Source of the DNA: Deltaproteobacteria bacterium
Lineage (GTDB): Bacteria; Myxococcota_A; UBA9160; SMWR01
DNA: 64,000 nt
Assembly: GCA_032128375.1 (NCBI GenBank)
Contig: JAQBGU010000210.1
Span: 1 to 64,000, forward strand
Direction: 5' to 3'
Positions 17,945 to 27,628 of the stretch are shown piece by piece (the first letter of the stretch is position 1; each line of letters starts with the position of its first letter). The notes below the pieces were generated by a model. The model was not told the origin of the DNA. It ran no database searches and saw only the letters and a program-made list of their open reading frames with translations. Made by a program: the position numbers and the translations under genes.

Positions 17945-18166
17945 TCAGCTGCGGCCGAGCACGTCGCACACCTCGTCTTCTTCCGGGAATCGCCCCGCCT
18001 CGTGCTTCGAGAAGACCATTCGGTCATCTGCAATCACATCGAAGATCCCACTGCCACCAGGAATCAATTCGGCTTCGGTCCCTGTCGCGCGCTTGATTGC
18101 GGCCGCCAAACTGGTGGCCTGAGGAAGATAATTTCAGACCGAGCAATAGGTGATCGAGACCTTCAT
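17945..18166 (-). CDS. SelT/SelW/SelH (Rdx) family selenoprotein, 73 aa, Sec at codon 11
   Basis: MKVSITYCSV-TGA(18134-18136)-NYLPQATSLAAAIKRATGTEAELIPGGSGIFDVIADDRMVFSKHEAGRFPEEDEVCDVLGRS*. CxxU motif plus the GxFDV and VFSK..GRFP Rdx signatures continue in frame after the TGA. Confidence 0.9.
18101..18119 (-). promoter_or_regulatory. Putative bacterial SECIS hairpin
   Basis: GGCCACCAGTTTGGCGGCC starts 15 nt 3' of the UGA and folds into a stem with a small G-containing apical loop, consistent with bacterial SECIS geometry. Confidence 0.6.
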
Positions 18167-18378
18167 GCGGAGGTTCTCCGTTCGTTCGACTCGGTTCGGT
18201 TCGTCCTGTTCGATCGGACCGTTCGCTGCTGCGGGCTCGGCAGCTGCCCGGCTCATCGCAGGAATCCTCCGAAATGTACCAAATTCCCGAAACCTACGCG
18301 CCGCCGGAGTCGACACGAGCGGAGCATCGTGCGACCCGTCGCATTCAGCCGAACATCGCGTTAGCCGATAGGTCCGGT

Positions 18379-19083
18379 ATGCGTGACCCGCTAATTCGTC
18401 GCCGCGCTGCCACTGGTTCGCACGGTGCCGCCTGGATTGCAGCGATCGGCGGCGTTGCGCTCTCCCTCTCCGCCTGCGCGAAGTTGGCTGTGCCAGCCGC
18501 GATCCCGCCGCCAGCAGTCAGCCCACCGCAATGCGAAGATCCGATTGCGCTGCGCGCAGCCGAGCAGCAATCCTCGCATCTCGTGAGCGAAGCCATGCGG
18601 CTACAGGTCGATCTAGAACAGGCCGAGGCCGCGATGATTGCCATCGAGTCGGGAATGCTGGGTCACCAGAACCGAGCGGATGCCGTCTCGGTGCTCGCGG
18701 AAGCGCGCATCTCGGTCGAAAGCGCTCGGCAACACGTGCCCTGGCGAGCCCTCGAAGTGACGAAAGCCCAAACGAAGCTAGAGCAAGCGGAAAAACAACT
18801 CCAGGCCGGCAACCTCGGCACTGCGATCTTCTTCGCATCCCGCGCGCAGCGCATCGGCGATGCGCTCATCGACGAAGCACAGCGCATCTCTGCCCACCCG
18901 GGTGCGCGACTCATCGGCGCCCAGCGTGTCAACCTTCGGTCGGGTCCATCGACACAGCACAGGATCCTCGAAGTCCTGCCGCGCAACACCCCGGTATTGA
19001 CCGAGCGACTCGAGGGACCCTGGTGGTTGGTCAGTACCCCTTCTGGCCAGGTCGGCTGGTTGCACGCCAAGTTACTACAGTAG
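18379..19083 (+). CDS. Lipoprotein with helical region and C-terminal SH3b domain
   Basis: Lipobox LSLSA-C; C-terminal VNLRSGPST.HRIL..LP...GPWWLV..PSGQVGWLH. Confidence 0.8.
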   Translation: MRDPLIRRRAATGSHGAAWIAAIGGVALSLSACAKLAVPAAIPPPAVSPPQCEDPIALRAAEQQSSHLVSEAMRLQVDLEQAEAAMIAIESGMLGHQNRADAVSVLAEARISVESARQHVPWRALEVTKAQTKLEQAEKQLQAGNLGTAIFFASRAQRIGDALIDEAQRISAHPGARLIGAQRVNLRSGPSTQHRILEVLPRNTPVLTERLEGPWWLVSTPSGQVGWLHAKLLQ

Positions 19084-19101
19084 GTCCGCTGCGCGTGGCC
19101 G

Positions 19102-20922
19102 CTATGCGGACTCGAGCTTTGATTGTTCCTCTGCAACCACACAGTCCTTGCCTTGTGCCTTGGCCCGATACAACGCGCGATCTGCGTCGTTGAACAGCGC
19201 CTTCCGATCGCCGCTGAACTCCGCGACGCCAATCGAAACCGTTATGGATAGTTCGCTGCGGCCCTCGAGGGTGACCACCGGGAAGCGCGCCAGCGATACG
19301 GCGATTCGAAGCTTTTCCGCCAGCCCGATCGCCCCCTGCAGCGTTGCCTGGCTTGCAAGCAACGCGAACTCCTCGCCGCCATAGCGCGTAAGCAGATCCA
19401 TGTCGCGAACGACCCCGTTCATCACGGCAGCAGTCTTCCTCAGCACCGCGTCACCCACCGAGTGACCGTACTGATCGTTCAGCCGCTTGAAATCGTCGAT
19501 GTCGATCAGCAACAAGCACAGTGGCTCACCGGTCCGGGTCGAACGACTCATCTCTCGCGGCAAATGATCCTGGAAGAAGCGGTGATTGTGCAGTTTGGTC
19601 AGTTCATCGGTAATCGATAGTTGATGGAACACCTCGTTGATGCGCTGCAGCTCCTGATTTCGGCTGACCAGCTTCTGGTTGGCGTCCTCGATCTCGAGAC
19701 GGTTCTTTTCGAGTTCGATCTGGTTGTGTCCCAGTCGACCGACCATTTCATTGAATGCCCGGCCGAGCACCCCAATCTCATCGCTGCCCTGCTCCGGGAA
19801 CGTGACGTCGGCTTCTCCATTGGCGACCCGTTCCGCTGCCTCGCTGAGGCCCTGAATCGGCCTTACGACCGATCGGGCGATCTGCAACGCGATCAACGAG
19901 CACAACAACACGATCCCGATGTTGACGACGACGACCTTGCGAACGATCTCGACCGCCGGACCAAAGAGTTGTGTAGCCGGTTCTTCGACGGCGATCGTCC
20001 AGTTGAACCGCTCGAATCGCACCGCACTCCCCACCACGCTCTTGCCGCCATCGACGTCATATACCTCGACCGCGGGCAGTGCCCCGCGAAATGGAGGCTG
20101 ACGTGTGAAGCTGTCCCGAGGCGCGTCCGAGTGGGTCTGCATCAGCACCACCCCGTCGCCGGAGACCACATAGACCATGCCATTCGGGCTCAGGCCATCG
20201 TGGTGGATTTCCGCTTGCGGCTTGCTCAAATCGATGATCGCGTGAAGCGACGCCAGTTGACGCTTGGAAGCGTCGACGATGGGCGCCGATACGACTTGAT
20301 AGCGGCTCCCGCCCACGCCGAATTCCGCGCCGATTCGCGTCGAGGTGACACCGCGGAGTCGCGAGCGAACGGCATCGGGAAGTTCGAGTGCTCCCCCGAC
20401 CCAGACCACCGGAACAGGGTCACGGCCTGCGTTCAACACGAACAGAGATCGGTACTGGCCGGAGCGCATCAGCACATAGCTGAGGTATTGCTCGGTTTCG
20501 TCGATTGCGCGCCGGCTCTCTGCGACCCGACCGACGTTGTTGCGCAGCGTTGCGCTCGACGCGAAAGTTCGCAGGTCGAGTTCTCGCTCGTCGTACCACG
20601 ACGCGAGCCGCTCGTTGACGCTTCCCAGTACCGCTGGCAGGCGTTGATCGATCTTGTCGCGCAGGAACGCCTGGATGGACTGTGCCGAAAGCCAGGTCAC
20701 TGCCAGCGACGCGATCAGCGCCGTGACGAACACGAACGAGACGATTTTCGAGGCTAGACTGCGAGCTGGAGTTCGCAGCGCGGCTTGGAGCGCGCCCCTG
20801 AGAACATCGGTGGCGTTGCGAATATTGGGCCTCGAGTATTCCGGCACAGCAACAGATTCCCTCGCTTGGCCCTTCGGCCAAACGGAGTTGCTGCTTGACG
20901 AAGATTCCGTCCAGCCAGGCAC
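19102..20922 (-). CDS. Membrane diguanylate cyclase (Cache-like sensor, HAMP, GGEEF)
   Basis: Two TM segments, HAMP (SDEIGVLGRAFNEM), DELTKLHN, DIDDFKRLNDQYGH, I-site RDMD and RYGGEEF. The real start is probably downstream of 20922. Confidence 0.92.
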   Translation of the reverse strand: MPGWTESSSSSNSVWPKGQARESVAVPEYSRPNIRNATDVLRGALQAALRTPARSLASKIVSFVFVTALIASLAVTWLSAQSIQAFLRDKIDQRLPAVLGSVNERLASWYDERELDLRTFASSATLRNNVGRVAESRRAIDETEQYLSYVLMRSGQYRSLFVLNAGRDPVPVVWVGGALELPDAVRSRLRGVTSTRIGAEFGVGGSRYQVVSAPIVDASKRQLASLHAIIDLSKPQAEIHHDGLSPNGMVYVVSGDGVVLMQTHSDAPRDSFTRQPPFRGALPAVEVYDVDGGKSVVGSAVRFERFNWTIAVEEPATQLFGPAVEIVRKVVVVNIGIVLLCSLIALQIARSVVRPIQGLSEAAERVANGEADVTFPEQGSDEIGVLGRAFNEMVGRLGHNQIELEKNRLEIEDANQKLVSRNQELQRINEVFHQLSITDELTKLHNHRFFQDHLPREMSRSTRTGEPLCLLLIDIDDFKRLNDQYGHSVGDAVLRKTAAVMNGVVRDMDLLTRYGGEEFALLASQATLQGAIGLAEKLRIAVSLARFPVVTLEGRSELSITVSIGVAEFSGDRKALFNDADRALYRAKAQGKDCVVAEEQSKLESA

Positions 20923-21007
20923 GACCCCGCCATCTCATCGGTCGCGACTCCGGTGTACTTTATGCCGATCTACGCAGCCCACTGCGCATCGAACAGGAGC
21001 AGCCAAA

Positions 21008-22054
21008 GTGACCGAGGGGATTCACGAAGAAAACGTGGGACGCTTCTTTGAAGAGCACGTCGATGGCGCCCAATGCGAGTTGGCGTTCGAGTTGCTCAGC
21101 GGTGGACGCTCGAACCTCACGTATCGCGTTCGCGGCGGCGGAAAAGACTGGGTGCTGAGAAGGCCACCGCTCGGCCACGTGCTTCCAACGGCGCACGACA
21201 TGTCGCGCGAGTACCGTGTGCTCAGCGCATTGGCCAGTACGGATGTGCCGACGCCACGGACGTATGCGCTGTGCGAAGACGAGAGTGTGAACGGCGCTCC
21301 GTTCTACGTGATGGAATACCGCGAAGGGATCATCCTCGGGGACGCGCTGCCCGATGGCTTCGCGACCACGCACGCCGAGCGCAGGGGCCTTTCGCTCGCG
21401 TTGGTCGACACGCTGGTCGCGCTGCACGCGATCGACTACGAATCGGTCGGACTATCCGATTTCGGCCGGCCCGAGGGATATCTCGAGCGTCAGGTGAGCC
21501 GCTGGTCGCAGCAATGGGAGCGGTCGAAGACCGACGAACTGCCCGAGATCGAAGCTCTGATCTGCCGCTTGCGCGCCGCACTTCCGGTTTCACCACCAGC
21601 GACGATCGTGCACGGCGACTACAGGCTGGGAAACATGGCGCTCGACCCGACGCATCCCGAACGGGTGGTCGCAGTCTTCGACTGGGAGATGGCAACGCTC
21701 GGCGACCCGCTGGCCGATCTCGGCTACACGCTGATCTATTGGGCCGAGGCGGATGATCCACACCAAGCCGGGCTGACGAGCCCGACGGCGTTGCCCGGAT
21801 TCGCGAGCCGAGCCGAACTGGTCGACGCCTATGCGAAGCGCAGCGGCCGCGACACTGCGAGCGTCGACTTCTACCAGGTTCTCGCGCTCTACAAGCTGGC
21901 GGTGATCTCCGAAGGGATCTATGCGCGCTACCTACAGGGCAAGACACTGGGGAAGGGATTCGAGGGAATGACTCGCCAATCGGGCGCCATTGTCGAGCGC
22001 GCATTTCGGATCGCAACCGCATCCAGCGACAAGCACTTGCGCGGCGACGTGTGA
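21008..22054 (+). CDS. Phosphotransferase (APH / ACAD10-11 N-terminal-like) family protein
   Basis: GGRSNLTY, LRRPPLGHVLPTAHDMSREY, HGDYRLGN, DWEMATLGDPLADLG; GTG start with AGGAG RBS. Confidence 0.9.
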   Translation: MTEGIHEENVGRFFEEHVDGAQCELAFELLSGGRSNLTYRVRGGGKDWVLRRPPLGHVLPTAHDMSREYRVLSALASTDVPTPRTYALCEDESVNGAPFYVMEYREGIILGDALPDGFATTHAERRGLSLALVDTLVALHAIDYESVGLSDFGRPEGYLERQVSRWSQQWERSKTDELPEIEALICRLRAALPVSPPATIVHGDYRLGNMALDPTHPERVVAVFDWEMATLGDPLADLGYTLIYWAEADDPHQAGLTSPTALPGFASRAELVDAYAKRSGRDTASVDFYQVLALYKLAVISEGIYARYLQGKTLGKGFEGMTRQSGAIVERAFRIATASSDKHLRGDV

Positions 22055-22124
22055 CCACAACCTGCGCGGCACCCGGCACCCAGCACGCGCTTCGACAGCC
22101 CGCTTCGCGAAACCAGGAGACCAC

Positions 22125-22952
22125 GTGAGCTACCGGGACATCCAATTCGACATCGAAAACGGCATAGCGACGATCACGCTGAATCGGCCGGACCAGAGCA
22201 ACGCATTCAGCGCAACGATGGGGACAGAACTCGGACAGGCCTATCAGCGCTGCGACTTGGACGACGACGTGCGTGCCGTCATCGTCACGGGCGCCGGTCG
22301 CGAATTCTGTGTCGGTGCAGACTTGGGTGGTGGTGGTGCCACGTTCCAGAGCCAGGCGAGACAGACCTTCAGCGCCGGCGCCGGAATCGAACCGCCGGCC
22401 TGGGAAGTTCGAAAACCGGTGATCGCGGCCATGAACGGACACGCCGTGGGCATCGGACTGACGCTCGCGATGCAGTGCGATATTCGACTCGCGGCGATCG
22501 AGGCGAAGTACGGAATCGTGCAAGTACGCCGTGGAGTCATCCCAGATTGCTACTCGCATTGGACCGTACCGCGCGCCGTCGGCTTCGCGCGGGCGACCGA
22601 GTTGTTCTTGACTGGACGGCTGTTTCGCGGCGATGAGGCGGCTGAAATCGGGATTGCGACCCACGCGTTCGCGGCAGACCGGGTGTTGATCGAGGCCACG
22701 GCGATCGCGCGAGACATCGCCGACAACACGGCGCCGCTATCGGTTGCGATCAGCAAACGCCTACTGTGGGAAACCCCCCCACTGACCCGCGAGCAGACCG
22801 GGCACAAGGAAACCGAGCTACACCACCACGTGATGGGACGCTCCGACGCCATCGAAGGCGTGATGGCGTATCTCGAACGCCGGCCCGCGCAATGGAAACT
22901 CAGCGTCGTCGACGACTGGCCGGAATGGCCTGGTGGCGAAAAGTCCGGCTAG
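22125..22952 (+). CDS. Enoyl-CoA hydratase/isomerase (crotonase) family protein
   Basis: ATITLNRPD, VTGAGREFCVGADL, KPVIAAMNGHAVGIG, EGVMAYLERRP; GTG start with AGGAG RBS. Confidence 0.92.
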   Translation: MSYRDIQFDIENGIATITLNRPDQSNAFSATMGTELGQAYQRCDLDDDVRAVIVTGAGREFCVGADLGGGGATFQSQARQTFSAGAGIEPPAWEVRKPVIAAMNGHAVGIGLTLAMQCDIRLAAIEAKYGIVQVRRGVIPDCYSHWTVPRAVGFARATELFLTGRLFRGDEAAEIGIATHAFAADRVLIEATAIARDIADNTAPLSVAISKRLLWETPPLTREQTGHKETELHHHVMGRSDAIEGVMAYLERRPAQWKLSVVDDWPEWPGGEKSG

Positions 22953-22993
22953 CCGCGAAGTGCTGGCTGCCCGCCCGGCCCTTCGACTACCTT

Positions 22994-23031
22994 CATCCGC
23001 GCGCATCCATCCGCGCGCATCCATCCGCGCG
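22994..23031. repeat. 14-bp tandem repeat CATCCGCGCGCATC (~2.7 copies)
   Basis: Direct reading; lies between convergent genes. Confidence 0.75.
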
Positions 23032-23092
23032 TCATCGAAACGCGACCATCCGGTAAGAGCCGGACGGTCGCGCACGGCGCTGCCGCACCGGG

Positions 23093-23794
23093 TCAGTCGC
23101 GCGACATGAATATACGGAGCACGTACCAGAACAGCATCGCTACTGACGCGAAAAGTTGGAGTGCGGCGCCGACATATCGATCCTCTGGGTAGTGGTGCAA
23201 CACGTTGGACGTGTCATACAGGATGGCAGCGCCGGCGAAGCCAACCATCGCGACCGAGAACCAGGTGCCGAGCTCGAAGCCAAACAACACACCGGCGATG
23301 ATCGCAACCAGTGCCAGAACGCCGCCCCACATGAGCATTCCCCGCATGAACGAGAAATCTTTGCGCGTGACGAAGACCACCCCAGTCAGACCACCGAATC
23401 CGATCAGTGTCACGATGGCGGCGCTCTGGATCGTGCCTGCCGCGTAGGCCTCGGCCAAGTAGAGCATCGGTACGAAAATGATCGCTTCGGCCGCCACGAA
23501 TCCCGAAAGAGCCGCGTATTGCGCTGCCTTGGAATCGGAAGTCAGAGCGATTCGCGTCGCGAACCAGCTCACGAGCATGAACGCGCCGAGAATCATGATC
23601 CACGAACCGCCGAGCATGCTCTGCGCCAAGCCCTCGGCCACGCCACTGCTGAACAGCCAGACTTCGATCAGCGTGAATCCGACGATCGCTGCCATCAGAT
23701 GGTTGTAGGTTCGGTTGATGAAGGTGGCGCGCGCATCAACACCGATCGCTGCGACCGGCGTGTATCCCTGCGGCAGTTCGTATCCACTAGACAT
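23093..23794 (-). CDS. Bax inhibitor-1 / YccA family membrane protein
   Basis: RATFINRTY, seven TM segments, TRKDFSFM, ILYDTSNV, ALQLFASVAMLFWYVLRIF; GAGGAG RBS. Confidence 0.92.
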   Translation of the reverse strand: MSSGYELPQGYTPVAAIGVDARATFINRTYNHLMAAIVGFTLIEVWLFSSGVAEGLAQSMLGGSWIMILGAFMLVSWFATRIALTSDSKAAQYAALSGFVAAEAIIFVPMLYLAEAYAAGTIQSAAIVTLIGFGGLTGVVFVTRKDFSFMRGMLMWGGVLALVAIIAGVLFGFELGTWFSVAMVGFAGAAILYDTSNVLHHYPEDRYVGAALQLFASVAMLFWYVLRIFMSRD

Positions 23795-24053
23795 GTTCGA
23801 CTCCTCTCATTTCTGGCTCTGTCACACAGTCACAATTTCGCCCTGTGACGCTCACACATTCCCACACGCTCAGCCAGCCTCGCTCCGAGGCCCTGGTGAC
23901 TCGCCTCGTCCAGTTGGACTCTGCACCAGAATATTTCGTTCCCCCAGGCAATTTTCCCGCGGGGCGCGATCGGGGTGCGGGCGGCACCGGTACAGTCTGG
24001 TCGCGCGATCGGATTGCGCGCGCTGACCGCCGCCTTCCCAACAGGAGAACTCG

Positions 24054-25145
24054 ATGAAGCTTACTTCCGCGACGGCGGGTGCGCTGCTGCTGGCACTGTC
24101 AACCTTCGCCATGCCGCGTAGCGCATTCGCGATCGATCTTGCTCCGGGCGACATCCTGATCGCGGACACCCACCTCGACGCGCTGATCTGGGTCGACCCA
24201 AGAACCGGCGACCGCGCCATCCTCTCTTCGAAAGAAGTCGGGACCGGGCGCAAATTCGTCTTTCCGCTCGAGATCCAGTTTCCGAGTGATGGGTCCGTGC
24301 TGGTCTCCGACCTCAACTTGCAGGCCATCGTGCGTGTCGATCCGGCAACCGGAAACCGCAGCATAGCCGCCGGCAGCGGAGTTGGAAGCGGCGCGAAGAT
24401 TCAGGGGCCGCGAACCATCGAGCTGGATCGGGATGGGAGCTTGATCGTCGCCGATAGCATGCTCGACAGACTGCTGCGAATAGACCTATCGACTGGAAAC
24501 CGGACCAACATTTCCGGTGGCGGAATCGGGACCGGTCCCGATATCGGCAACGTACTCGGGCTTGCGCTGCTTCCAGGCAACCAGCTCGTGGCCACCGACA
24601 GCCAGCTGGACGCCATCTTTCGGATCGACCTCGCGACCGGGGACCGAACGATCGTGTCGTCGAACGAGGTCGGTACAGGCCCACGCTACGTGGACCCCTT
24701 CGACATCGTCGTCGCTTCGGATGGATCGGCGCTGGTCGTAGACAGCGTGCCGATCATCGCGCGAGGAGAGCGGCGACCCGGGGTGCTGCGTGTTGATCTG
24801 GCGAGCGGAGATCGGTCGCTGTTTTCCGGAGCGACCGCCGGAGCCGGTCTCCAGATGCGTACCGCGACGGGCATTGCGGTCGAAGCGGACGGCTCACTGC
24901 TGGTCATCGACGCCGGACACGACCGATTGTTTCGAATCGATCCAGTCACTGGTGATCGAGTCGTGGTCTCGTCCGCCGAAGTCGGCGAGGGACCCATTTT
25001 CTATTCGCCCCGACGCATCGCAGTCGTCCCAGGCTCCCCCTCCGGTTCGGCTGGCAGTGGTTCGCGATGGATCCTGTTGTTGGTGGCGGCTGCGGGGATC
25101 GTTGTCCTATCGAGCCTCTGGGTCCGCCGCAGACGCGACGCGTAA
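24054..25145 (+). CDS. Secreted six-repeat beta-propeller-like protein with C-terminal membrane anchor or sorting signal
   Basis: Signal peptide; six ~50-aa repeats of R(V/I)D..TG(D/N)R....S...VG.G; C-terminal Gly/Ser linker, TM helix and RRRR tail. Confidence 0.78.
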   Translation: MKLTSATAGALLLALSTFAMPRSAFAIDLAPGDILIADTHLDALIWVDPRTGDRAILSSKEVGTGRKFVFPLEIQFPSDGSVLVSDLNLQAIVRVDPATGNRSIAAGSGVGSGAKIQGPRTIELDRDGSLIVADSMLDRLLRIDLSTGNRTNISGGGIGTGPDIGNVLGLALLPGNQLVATDSQLDAIFRIDLATGDRTIVSSNEVGTGPRYVDPFDIVVASDGSALVVDSVPIIARGERRPGVLRVDLASGDRSLFSGATAGAGLQMRTATGIAVEADGSLLVIDAGHDRLFRIDPVTGDRVVVSSAEVGEGPIFYSPRRIAVVPGSPSGSAGSGSRWILLLVAAAGIVVLSSLWVRRRRDA

Positions 25146-25227
25146 GGGGTTCGCCACGGCCACCCGATCTCCCGCTCCCGACAGGATTACCCGGCTTCGC
25201 GAGCTGAGCGTCTGGCTGCGGCTCTGC

Positions 25228-26346
25228 ATGGCATTCGGCGGCCTGGTCGCCAGCGGAATCTTCTGCCTGGCATGGCTGCCGGCGCCTTGGGTGTGGATCG
25301 GAGTGTCTTGGTTCTGCGTGTCATGGACGGCGAGTTGGCTGAGTCCGAATCGAAGTGCGACGTGGTTCACGGTCGGAATCGCCTTCCTGCTGATCGGCCT
25401 GCTCGAAGCCAACGCACAGTTCAAGACCGCGTTTCGCTACGAACCGGACCGCACCGGGATCTATTCGGGACGCGATGATCTTTTCGGGTATGCGCCGCTT
25501 CTGACTGGCCGCATTCCCGTGGCGAGGTTCTACGGCAACGAGTTGGTATTCGATGTCGTGTACACGCTGGATTCGAACCACCTGCGCGTTTCGAACGCAC
25601 CGGGATCCAACGCCGAGACCAGCGGGGCGTGCGTGCTGTTTTTCGGTGGCTCCCATACGTTCGGCGAAGGCGTCGAGGATCACGAGGCGCTGCCGTGGCG
25701 GGTGGGACTTCGCACGGGAGCGCGCATCGTGAACTTCGGTTTCCACGGCTACGGACCTCACCAGATGCTTTCCGCGATCGAAAGCGGACATGTTGCGCGT
25801 GTGATCGACTGCAAGCCAACGCATGCGATCTATCAGGCAATCGTCGACCACGTCAATCGAGCGGTCGGGATCGCCTATTGGGATCGGCATGGTCCCCGCT
25901 ACCGGCTGGCTGCAGACGGCTCGGCGGTACGGGACGGAAATTTCGACGACGAGGTCGGCCCACTCGAGCAGCTACTCTGGGACCAGTCGCAGAAGTCGCT
26001 GATCGCCAAGCGTGTCAGCCAACGCCGACACGCCGTGACGCCAGACGAAATGGCGATTTTTCACGCCATTGTCGGCACGTCGCAGCTGCGCCTGAGCGAG
26101 CAGTTCCCGGGTATTTCGTTTCATTCGATCATCTGGGATCGCAGCGGCGAACCCCCACCCGAGTTCTGGGAGGGCCTGGAAAGACGCAATCTCGTTGTCC
26201 ACCGCATGAGCCGGATCATGCCCGAGCGGCGCGACGGAGAACTTCCATTCGAGTTGTCCCCATACGATCACCACCCCAATGCACACGTCTACGAGACAAT
26301 CGCTCGCTACGTCGCGCAGCACATCCTCGATCAAACCCGCCTATAA
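25228..26346 (+). CDS. Membrane-anchored SGNH/GDSL-like hydrolase or acyltransferase
   Basis: N-terminal TM helices; FFGGSHTFGEGV, NFGFHGYGP, YDHHPN. Start uncertain. Confidence 0.75.
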   Translation: MAFGGLVASGIFCLAWLPAPWVWIGVSWFCVSWTASWLSPNRSATWFTVGIAFLLIGLLEANAQFKTAFRYEPDRTGIYSGRDDLFGYAPLLTGRIPVARFYGNELVFDVVYTLDSNHLRVSNAPGSNAETSGACVLFFGGSHTFGEGVEDHEALPWRVGLRTGARIVNFGFHGYGPHQMLSAIESGHVARVIDCKPTHAIYQAIVDHVNRAVGIAYWDRHGPRYRLAADGSAVRDGNFDDEVGPLEQLLWDQSQKSLIAKRVSQRRHAVTPDEMAIFHAIVGTSQLRLSEQFPGISFHSIIWDRSGEPPPEFWEGLERRNLVVHRMSRIMPERRDGELPFELSPYDHHPNAHVYETIARYVAQHILDQTRL

Positions 26347-26415
26347 TATTCACCCACAATCCCCGCCCACAACCGCTATGCATCGACGCCCACCCATTGC
26401 GAAACCGGAGCCTCC

Positions 26416-27591
26416 ATGTCCGAACTCCCCTACGCGGCCTTCGACGCCGATCACCACTACTACGAAGCCCTCGACGCGTTTACCCGCTACATGGACCCCA
26501 AGCTCGCCAGACGCGCCGTCCAGTGGGCAGAGATCAACGGGCGAACGCGTCTGCTGGTTTGTGAGAAGGTGAATCACTTTATCCCCAACCCCACCTTCGA
26601 TCCGGTCGCCAGGCCCGGTTCTCTGGATGACTTCTTCCGGGGCAGAAACCCCGAGGGCTTGGACATTCGCGCTGCGTTCGGAGAACTCGAGCCGATCCAG
26701 CCGGCCTACCGCAACCGCGACGCGCGCCTCGCGGTGTTGGACACCCAGGGAATCGAAGGCTGTTTCTTGTTCCCGACACTGGGGGTCGGAATCGAACACC
26801 CGCTGCGGCACGACGCGGAGCTGACGTATGCGACGCTTCACGCATTCAACGAATGGCTCGACGAAGATTGGGGCTTTCATTACAAAGAGCGCCTGTTCGC
26901 GGCCCCGCTGATGTCGCTGATGGACATCGATCGCGCGGTCGAAGAACTCGAGTGGGCGCTCGAACGCGGCGCCAGGCTGGTCCATCTGCGCGCGGCACCG
27001 GTGCCTGGCCCCACACGACGCTCGCTCGGCGATCCGCTGTTCGACCCGTTCTGGGCGCGCATCGCCGAATCGGGTATCAGCGTCGCGATGCACGCGGGTG
27101 AGAGCGGCTACGGGGAATACGCCGCCCACTGGGGTGAACCAGCCGACCTCGAAGCGTTCAAGGGCACCCCGTTTCGCTCAGTGACCCAGACCGATCGCGC
27201 CATCTATGATGCGATCGCTGCGCTGATCATTCACGGTGTATTCGACCGCTTCCCGAACGTCCGGGTCTGCAGCATCGAGAACGGCTCCGATTGGGTCGCG
27301 CCGCTTCTGAAAAAGCTCGCGAAGGCGGAGCGGATGTCGGTCGCCTCGTTCGGGCAGCCTCCCATCGAGGCATTCAAGCGGCATGTCTCCGTCGCCCCCT
27401 ATTGCGAAGAAGATATCCGCGCCCTGGCCGACCTGATCGGGACGCAGCGTGTGTTGCTCGGCTCCGATTTTCCGCATGCCGAGGGCCTCGCGGAACCGCT
27501 CGGGTTTCTCACGGAGCTCGAGGGATTCGGCGAAGACGCGATCCGTCAAATCATGCGCGACAACGCGGCCGGACTGATCCGGCCGCAGTAA
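26416..27591 (+). CDS. Amidohydrolase family protein (amidohydro_2 type)
   Basis: FDADHHYYE, AFNEWLDEDW, DPFWARIAE....MHAG, IENGSDW, LGSDFPHAEG. Confidence 0.9.
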   Translation: MSELPYAAFDADHHYYEALDAFTRYMDPKLARRAVQWAEINGRTRLLVCEKVNHFIPNPTFDPVARPGSLDDFFRGRNPEGLDIRAAFGELEPIQPAYRNRDARLAVLDTQGIEGCFLFPTLGVGIEHPLRHDAELTYATLHAFNEWLDEDWGFHYKERLFAAPLMSLMDIDRAVEELEWALERGARLVHLRAAPVPGPTRRSLGDPLFDPFWARIAESGISVAMHAGESGYGEYAAHWGEPADLEAFKGTPFRSVTQTDRAIYDAIAALIIHGVFDRFPNVRVCSIENGSDWVAPLLKKLAKAERMSVASFGQPPIEAFKRHVSVAPYCEEDIRALADLIGTQRVLLGSDFPHAEGLAEPLGFLTELEGFGEDAIRQIMRDNAAGLIRPQ

Positions 27592-27628
27592 CGGTTCGCG
27601 CACAGCGCGAACCCTAGGAGAACGAACC

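Noticed and set aside
22994..23031. Short repeats as a possible CRISPR or iteron array
   Set aside because: Contiguous 14-bp tandem units without spacers; no cas or rep genes.
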